Part shown: one piece after another, positions 22,605-30,284 of the stretch
Position numbering within the stretch: position 1 is the first letter of the stretch
How the letters are laid out: the number at the start of each line of letters is the position of its first letter
NCBI RefSeq assembly: GCF_000143415.4
Contig: NW_003314283.1
Coordinates: 2,064,633-2,094,916 of the forward strand
From: Selaginella moellendorffii
Lineage: Eukaryota > Plantae > Lycopodiophyta
DNA length: 30,284 bases
Direction: 5' to 3'
The notes under the pieces: model-generated
What the model saw: the letters and a program-made list of their open reading frames with translations, nothing else
What the model was told of the DNA's origin: nothing
Databases searched by the model: none
Made by a program: the position numbers and the translations under genes

Positions 22605-23439
22605 GATCTCGCCGGATTGCAGCACCGCGGGGTGTCTTTGACCCTAAACGCCAAAACGCGCCTAAACCCTAAACCCTAAACCTAAACCTAAACCCTAAAC
22701 CCTAAACCCTAGCCCTAAACCCTAACCCTAAACCCTAAACCCATGAAAAATTTCAATATGCACAATAAATATTTTTCAGAAATTGTTCAATAAGGAACTT
22801 CTTAACTTTAGAAGTTTATAACTACAGCAAGCTATATAAAATTAAATATAAAATGCTAGCTTTCAAAGATGTCATCTTGATCATACATTTTAAATTTAGA
22901 AAAATGTTTTAAATTAAAAGAATGACGTTAATTATTTTTCACTTTAAGGAAAATGGGAATATATCTATGATACCCATATATATTCTATAATAATCCTCAA
23001 TTTTAATAAACTTTTCTCTAATTCATTTATAATGGGGTAGGGGATATGGGCAATTCCAAATATAATGGGGATAATGGGTAGGTTGAGGTATGAACTACTT
23101 GAGATATTATTTATCTCCCCATTAGGTGTGCTATCTTTTGTTTTGAATCTTGCTTATATCTAAGCCTAAACTCTACCATGTTAGTTGGCGTATTTTGCTA
23201 TAAATATGCTAAAATCATTTAGCTTTGTTTTGCATGTTGATTTTAGAGTTGGAATTCTAAATGCTCTAAAACCATTATGATATTGCTCCATGTTCATGTT
23301 CCTTCATTTTTTTGTTGTATGCTTAAGAGTTTAACTTCATCCTTTTGTTCACTGTACCATAGCTCTAAAACTTAGATTCTGTTCTGGTGCCCTTGTTCAA
23401 GGGTTAAATTCCATTTTATAATTATTCACTATAGGGAAG

Positions 23440-24231
23440 TTATGGTAGCTCTTCATCCTGTTCATTCCATATACTAATATTGTATAGAGTTTTTCTCTCA
23501 ATAACAGCATAGGATATTGCACTTCCTACCATCAACAAAGAGAGGTACCAACTGAAAAGCAATGTTCCCATAGCTTTGGACTGGTTGACAAGGTTTTCAC
23601 TGCCACACTCGATCTTTTGGTGGTGACGAACAAACACTTGGCAACCCAGAGGCAGGAACGTTGCTGGGAACACAAGAAGTAATGAGAGCTGAAGCAGCCA
23701 AATGCCATGGAAGATGATACAAATTGACTTCCAAAACTTGATCATCATGGCATTGTGATTCTGTGGCACAAACACTTCCACGAGGCTTGAGAACATACAG
23801 GCAGTCACAATGAGCTGTAGAAGCATATGATAATGTCCTTCCACGCCGACATGATCCGTGGAATGCCAATGAAAGAGGAAGAGTTCTTGGGCGAACGCTG
23901 CTGCTTCCATGAGACTTACAAAAGCACTTGGCAAGTGTAGCTTGGAACGTAAACAGAGTGCATAGATCATGAACGGAATAGCCATGGAGATGTGCTCCAG
24001 GTCAGGATAGCTTCGTGATGGCTGAAGAATGCAGTGGAAAGTGATGACTCCTGCACTCCCAAGGAAGAGAATGTAAAACTCAGCTGGCTTTGTAATGAGG
24101 GAGAGTCGCCCAGGTTTTTCATGGCCTCGAAAACGAGATGCTGCATTCGTGAGAAAAAGCAAGAGTCCCCAAAAGATGAACGCAATTGCTGGAATACCAT
24201 GACCAAGGAACACAAGAAATCTGTTTGCCAT
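23440..24231 (-). CDS. DUF716/TMEM45-like multi-pass membrane protein (263 aa)
   Basis: GHGIP N-terminus, LEHISM, AFAQELFLFHWHSTDHVGVEGHYHMLLQ, several hydrophobic helices. Confidence 0.88.
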   Translation of the reverse strand: MANRFLVFLGHGIPAIAFIFWGLLLFLTNAASRFRGHEKPGRLSLITKPAEFYILFLGSAGVITFHCILQPSRSYPDLEHISMAIPFMIYALCLRSKLHLPSAFVSLMEAAAFAQELFLFHWHSTDHVGVEGHYHMLLQLIVTACMFSSLVEVFVPQNHNAMMIKFWKSICIIFHGIWLLQLSLLLVFPATFLPLGCQVFVRHHQKIECGSENLVNQSKAMGTLLFSWYLSLLMVGSAISYAVIERKTLYNISIWNEQDEELP

Positions 24232-24725
24232 TGTATCACATGTTTCCTTGACAAGCTTGAAATTTAAGGTGATGTATCACCGGGTCAAGGACGGTATTCT
24301 TATACTCATGTTAAAGCCGGTCATTGGTTGGTTGGCTATTCATTGATTGACCAGTATTTGAAGAGCTTAGACTTTGATCAAAGTAAAATATCGAAAGTTC
24401 TGTATCCACCTTGACCAACATTTCTGAGTGACTAACTTCTGTCATCTTTATTTGTCATGTATTCTTCCATTGACCACCACTATATGCTGGAATACCATGA
24501 CCAAGGAACACTAGAAATCTGTTTGCCATTGTGTCACATGTGCTTGAAATTTAAAGTGATGTATGACCGGGTCAAGGACGGTATTCTGACACTCATGTAG
24601 TCGGTCATTGGTTGGTTTGATCCGAAGAGCCTAGACATTTCAAATTAAAGTATGGAAAGTTCTGTATCCACTGTTCATTTGCCTATTTCTGGGTTTGCTA
24701 TTGTATTGTCATGTTCTTCCATTGC
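24187..24725. repeat. Diverged ~298-bp tandem duplication of the DUF716 gene 5' end and upstream region
   Basis: TGCTGGAATACCATGACCAAGGAACAC at 24187 and 24485, with continuing similarity. Confidence 0.85.
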
Positions 24726-24835
24726 CTAAACTTTGATCAGAGTAAAGCATCTGAATCCACCACGACCTAGACTCATGGAGGTCAATTGCTCATCAGCTTT
24801 TTCATTTGAGTTCTGGATTAACAAGTTAGCATTTC

Positions 24836-27180
24836 TTAAGAACTGCCAAGACGAGGAAGAAATGAAGGTATGCTGAGGCCAATAGATGCGTCCTCATGTT
24901 CCTTTGCCCGAAGCTTATACCTCCAACTTTGAAGGCTGTCCCAGAACGTGATGCCTAAAAATGTGACCCAAAAGCCAATAAACACACCGCAGCCAAATGC
25001 CCACACTGAAGCCTCACGGAAGAGGAAGTCCTTCTCCCAACTTTTGTGACTTGCAGGGTGCTCTTGATCCTTTGTTGCATAGCCACAAGGAGACAATGGA
25101 AACCCACAAAGGTTCTTATTGCCTTGGAATGCAAGTGGAAACCGAGTGTTTAAATTGTATGCAGTTGGGACCAATCCGCTTAAGTTGTTGAATGAAACAT
25201 TAAAGGCTGACAAAGGCAACTCCCCAAACTCGTTTGGGATCCTGCCTTGGAGCATGTTCCAGGATAAGTCAAGCGACTGAAGCTTTTTCAAGCTGGAAAG
25301 GTTGAGAGGTATGGCACCGGTGAACTGGTTGTGCGAGAGGTTAAGATGCATTAGTCCAACCAGTTGCCCAATTTCTTCTGGGATGACACCCTCGAGAGAG
25401 TTGCTTGAGATGTCCAATGAAGTCATGTTGTTTGCAACAACGATCGTTGTCCGATCAAACTGTATCCTTGCGTCGTTGACTATGATGACCAGGCTCAACT
25501 CTACCCCTGTGTAAATGCCAAGATTCAAATCCCCACTCGTGTTGCCCTTGAAACCTTGAAACTTCCAAAGCGCGCGTGGCAGCTGCCCTGTGAGTTTATT
25601 GTTTGACAGATCTAGAATTTGGAGCCAAATGAGATTGGTGGTGCAATCTGGAATCTGGCCAAACAGCTTGTTGTATGCAAAAGACAATATCATAATTCCT
25701 GACCAGCTGCAAGTTTCTTGAGGGATCTCGCCTGTGAAATGGTTCCTACTATAGTCCATGACTCTGAGATAAGTGGAATTCAAGCTTTTTGCTGGAATTG
25801 TGCCGCTCAACGTGTTGTTGGAAATGACAAAGAAGACCAAGCTTGTCAAGTTACTCAAGTCAAGCAGCACCTCACCCGTGAAATTGTTCTGCGCAAAGTT
25901 GACAACCTTGAGCTGGGAGCAATTCCCTAGCCTTGAGCTAATCTCTCCCTGGAACTCGTTCGTTGAGAGATCCAAGTAAACAAGGTTAGTGCATGCACCA
26001 AACGTTGGCATTTTGCTCCGTATCAAGTTTCCGTGGAGGTCGAGATAGCCAAGATTGGTGCATTTGTCGAGTGGAGGAACTTCATTTCTGAGATAGTTGT
26101 CACTCAAGTCAAGTATCTCAAGACGATCCAGCTGGCTAATGCCTTTTGGAATGCTTCCATCTAGATAGTTTTTGTTGAGGTGCAATTGCTGGAGAGCCTT
26201 GATCTCTGTGATTGAATGCGGAATGCTTCCTGTCAGGCTGTTAACGTCCAAGCGAAGTAGTACAACAGGAGAAGACGCATTAAACATGGGAATGTTTCCT
26301 GTAAAGTTGTTGTAATGGAGCTCTAGGTGCGTTAGAGATGGCATGGCCACCATAACATCCGAAGGAATCGATCCATTGAGAAAATAGTTTCGCGATAGTC
26401 CCAACCACTTTAGCCTACGAAGACCAGCAAAAGAGCCAGGTAATGGGCCATATAGAAGGTTGTCAGACATGTCTAGAAATGTGAGGTGCGAAAGGTTTCC
26501 AAGAGTGATTGGTATAAGCCCCTCCAAATTGTTTGTAAAAAGTGATAAACTTTCCAATTTCTTGAGCTTACCCAGCGATGGAGATATAGAGCCCGTTAAG
26601 GTGTTGTTTTCCAGACTGAGGAACCGCAGCTTGGAGCAGTTCCCAACACTCGATGGAATAGACCCGCTCAAGAAATTATCAGATAGCCAGAGCTCAGTGA
26701 GATTCTGGAGCTGCCCTAATGTTGCTGGAATATGGCCAGTCAATTGGTTCCCTCTCAAGTTGAGCTCTGTGAGTGAGGAGCAATTTCCGAGGGTGGTAGG
26801 AATTTGCCCCGTTATTTTGTTAAACGATAGATCGAGCTCTGAAAGATATGAAAGCTGCCCAAGCCTTGGCGTGAGAGTTCCCACCAAGGCTTCATCAAGA
26901 TCCACAGAGGATAGATGTATGGACACTACTTGGCGTTTAGAATTGCAACTAATGCCTCTCCAGCTGCAAATCCCATCCTTGCTTCCTTCATGCCAGTTAG
27001 AAAAGGTAGAATTGCTTTGCAACATGCCTTGCTTGAACTCCAGTAGAATTTCCATGTCCATGATCTTATACAAAAGAAAGAAAACCTTAAGAGTTTCATT
27101 TCAGAATCATGTGATCATACCTCAGACGACAGATTCATGCCAAGTGCGAAGAGAAGTACGATGCCCCAGTGAGAAATCAT
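24836..27180 (-). CDS. LRR receptor-like protein (RLP, no kinase), ~762 aa; exon 1 27180-27121, exon 2 27064-24836
   Basis: Signal-peptide exon MISHWGIVLLFALGMNLSSE spliced in phase 0 (GTATGA...ATAAG); LRRNT with CSWRGISC; many LxxLxLxxNxLxGxIP repeats; island domain; GNKNLCG; TM helix; short tail. Confidence 0.92.
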
Positions 27181-30100
27181 TTTCTTCTTGTGAAACTAGA
27201 AATTTGAACATCACCGGAATTTCAATCTTGAATGCGGCATCACCCCAGAAAGACGTGGTTTTATCAACTGCCATGCTCAAAGAGTATATTTTTCAAATAA
27301 AGTCAACAAAAGTCACATACGAGAGTCATGGTCTGTGGTCAAAGTCATGCAACTACAAGTTTTAATCTTGACTGGCAAGCATGCCGTGCTGACTATGCTG
27401 CCGTGCTGACTGGCAACCATGCCGTGTTTGACACCACGGTCTGTTTGCCAGTCAATATTAGAACTTGTTGTTTGTTGGTTGTGGGATCAGATACTTTCAT
27501 TCATAGTGTTCATCAAACAGATCTCCACTATATAAGAACCATATACAGCATCTAAGGCATTGATGAATGGCAGTGATGAAAACATTTGTAGTGTTACTGC
27601 TTGTAGCAAGTGCTTCCTTCTTTAACTTCTCTGAAGCTGATACAACATGTGACAACAACATCAATGGAATTCTCAGCAATTGCAAAAGCACAAATCCCTC
27701 TCCAGCCTGTTGTAGCTTTATGAGGAAGATCACTCTTGAGTGTGTGTGCCCAAGAATTACTTCAGATGTCACGAAGTATATCAGCTTGAGTTCAATTCTA
27801 ACCATTGCTAAAATATGTCATCGAACTCTTCCCCATCAGTATCAGTGTGGAAGTAAGGCACTTCAATTTCTTCTTCTTGTTTCAAATTCACAGCTTATTG
27901 TCTCTTCAGGTTATCTTCTACCCTGATATGGAATGGTTGGAACCACAAGAAAATAAACTTTATTCTGAAGACTATGTGTTTCTTTAATCTATCTATAAAT
28001 GCTAAAGGCAAGAGGACAAATAGAGAGAAACAGCAAAGCAACACTTTTCATTTCTCATAATTCTTCGTAACAATTTTCTCCATCACTATCCTCTTTTCCA
28101 TACTATTTAGCAAAGTTATTCTTCTTATGTGTTAAATAGAAGTCAAAACGTTGACAATGATGGCATTTCTAGGGGAGGGAACCCTCCTGTATTATGCTAA
28201 TGGCCAGCCCAAAGAAGTGTGGCAAATCAGCATTGCTTCAAGAGCTAGAATACATCTGGAGTGAAAAGAGTGAGCTAGTCATGACCTCCCTAATCTTCCA
28301 TATAGATGACAATAATGTAATTGTGGAAGTGCACTCTAAATTCAGCCAAGTTATTGAAAAATTTTAGGTATAGTGATTTTCTTTTCTAGTCTAGAACTAA
28401 AAGAACATGAGTGTTATAACAGGTTCTCCTGAACCTCTTTACCTCAAGGATGAATCACTAGGAGGTTAGGTCAATATTCAGGGATTGAAGAGATTGAAGA
28501 TTTTGATGATCTGGCACAAAAAGACAGAGATATAATTTCCCTAGACTATGCTATGCCACCTCTTGAGGTTCCTCACCACCCAACCACCCTTGAGTTACCT
28601 CAAAAGCTCCACTGTGCCATTGCTCCACTATAAGCCTCAGGGTAGGTTAAGTCCCTTATACCCAAGAGCCTCCTTTTGACTGACATTGACCATGTGGTTA
28701 AAGCTGGCACCTAATAATACTTCAAGTGATCTTCATTTTGTCCAAAAAGTAACTATGCATCCCCACAAACATAAGAGGCTTGTCAATCACAAGTTTCTTC
28801 CCGAAGGCTCTTCCTATACCAACCTTTAAAAGAGTCAAAGGTAAACCATTCCCTTGCTCACCACTGTAAACTGCTTCTAGTATGGACTTTGTATAGCGAA
28901 TGGATATGGATGGAGATGGGGACTTAACTAATTCCTAGATCCATTTTAACTATATGGAATGAGTTTTAGGCTGGTCAATTATGGGAGCCTATCACAAGTA
29001 AGTGGTTTTTCATTTTTTAAGGACACCATACCGATTTACATTATACGCATTNNNNNNNNNNNNNNNNNNNNNNNNNNNNNNNNNNNNNNNNNNNNNNNNN
29101 NNNNNNNNNNNNNNNNNNNNNNNNNNNNNNNNNNNNNNNNNNNNNNNNNNNNNNNNNNNNNNNNNNNNNNNNNNNNNNNNNNNNNNNNNNNNNNNNNNNN
29201 NNNNNNNNNNNNNNNNNNNNNNNNNNNNNNNNNNNNNNNNNNNNNNNNNNNNNNNNNNNNNNNNNNNNNNNNNNNNNNNNNNNNNNNNNNNNNNNNNNNN
29301 NNNNNNNNNNNNNNNNNNNNNNNNNNNNNNNNNNNNNNNNNNNNNNNNNNNNNNNNNNNNNNNNNNNNNNNNNNNNNNNNNNNNNNNNNNNNNNNNNNNN
29401 NNNNNNNNNNNNNNNNNNNNNNNNNNNNNNNNNNNNNNNNNNNNNNNNNNNNNNNNNNNNNNNNNNNNNNNNNNNNNNNNNNNNNNNNNNNNNNNNNNNN
29501 NNNNNNNNNNNNNNNNNNNNNNNNNNNNNNNNNNNNNNNNNNNNNNNNNNNNNNNNNNNNNNNNNNNNNNNNNNNNNNNNNNNNNNNNNNNNNNNNNNNN
29601 NNNNNNNNNNNNNNNNNNNNNNNNNNNNNNNNNNNNNNNNNNNNNNNNNNNNNNNNNNNNNNNNNNNNNNNNNNNNNNNNNNNNNNNNNNNNNNNNNNNN
29701 NNNNNNNNNNNNNNNNNNNNNNNNNNNNNNNNNNNNNNNNNNNNNNNNNNNNNNNNNNNNNNNNNNNNNNNNNNNNNNNNNNNNNNNNNNNNNNNNNNNN
29801 NNNNNNNNNNNNNNNNNNNNNNNNNNNNNNNNNNNNNNNNNNNNNNNNNNNNNNNNNNNNNNNNNNNNNNNNNNNNNNNNNNNNNNNNNNNNNNNNNNNN
29901 NNNNNNNNNNNNNNNNNNNNNNNNNNNNNNNNNNNNNNNNNNNNNNNNNNNNNNNNNNNNNNACTAGGGGAACTTTAGATGTAGAGGCTTTAGTGGTTAT
30001 TCCAATAGTTTTGCGTGATGCGGATCTTTGATGGTGGAATTGGCTTGAGGATTCTCATGTTGTGGATAAGAAACCTTTAATATCGCTGCATAATAGCTTA

Positions 30101-30284
30101 CCATGTCTACCAAACACCTTCAGTATCAGGCCCTTTGTGCTAGTCTCATTTTGGTCCTAAATCCTATTTGTGGAAAGTGTCTAGATTTGCTTATTTGGCA
30201 CATTTACAGAATGTAGAGATTGTATTGAACACAATAGCGTTCATCCCAGGCCAACATTTGTAATATAGAGACATTCCATATTTA
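25867..30284. repeat. Right arm of the inverted duplication; runs off the window; N gap at 29052-29962
   Basis: Mirror of 15827-20246. Confidence 0.93.
27567..27926 (+). CDS. Non-specific lipid-transfer/prolamin-superfamily protein, second copy (exons 27567-27852 and 27910-27926)
   Basis: Same protein as 18187-18546; CTATATAAG TATA box at ~27528. Confidence 0.85.
   Translation: MAVMKTFVVLLLVASASFFNFSEADTTCDNNINGILSNCKSTNPSPACCSFMRKITLECVCPRITSDVTKYISLSSILTIAKICHRTLPHQYQCGSKALQFLLLVSNSQLIVSSGYLLP

Larger units (their letters stand above)
20286..22743 (+). mobile_element. Longer interstitial copy of the telomere-associated hammerhead element
   Basis: Starts CCTAAACCCTAAA; three diverged ~306-bp subrepeats; hammerhead; same 3' end and a telomeric tract at 22661-22743; interrupted at 21741-22604. 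Confidence 0.8.

Noticed and set aside
28959-29978. Long ORFs crossing N runs (also 9335-9886)
   Set aside because: Assembly gaps, not coding sequence

Overview
Plant (TTTAGGG-type) chromosome end and subtelomere. The 56-57 nt introns and telomere-attached hammerhead elements suggest a Selaginella-like lycophyte (inference). Bases 1-2420 are a head-to-tail chain of three ~757-bp non-coding units separated by CCCTAAA tracts. Each unit has W-box/HSE-like/G-box/TATA motifs, a minimal type I hammerhead ribozyme with a palindromic stem III, and an element-encoded degenerate telomere-like 3' end. A longer fourth copy lies at 20286-22743 and an inverted 3'-end fragment at 5335-5420. This looks like a non-autonomous, telomere-targeting, ribozyme-bearing retroelement (Penelope-like/terminon or retrozyme-like); no RT for it is present in the window. 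Bases 2421-17610 are mostly nested, decayed Ty3/Gypsy elements, solo LTRs and an L1-type LINE remnant. A near-identical inverted duplication of at least 4.4 kb (15827-20246 / 25867-30284) carries a divergent LTP-like and LRR receptor-like gene pair. The left LRR copy is broken about 40 bp from the internal telomere-capped element, resembling a fossil chromosome-end fusion. A DUF716/TMEM45-like gene lies in the spacer. All calls are by eye; no searches or folding were run.
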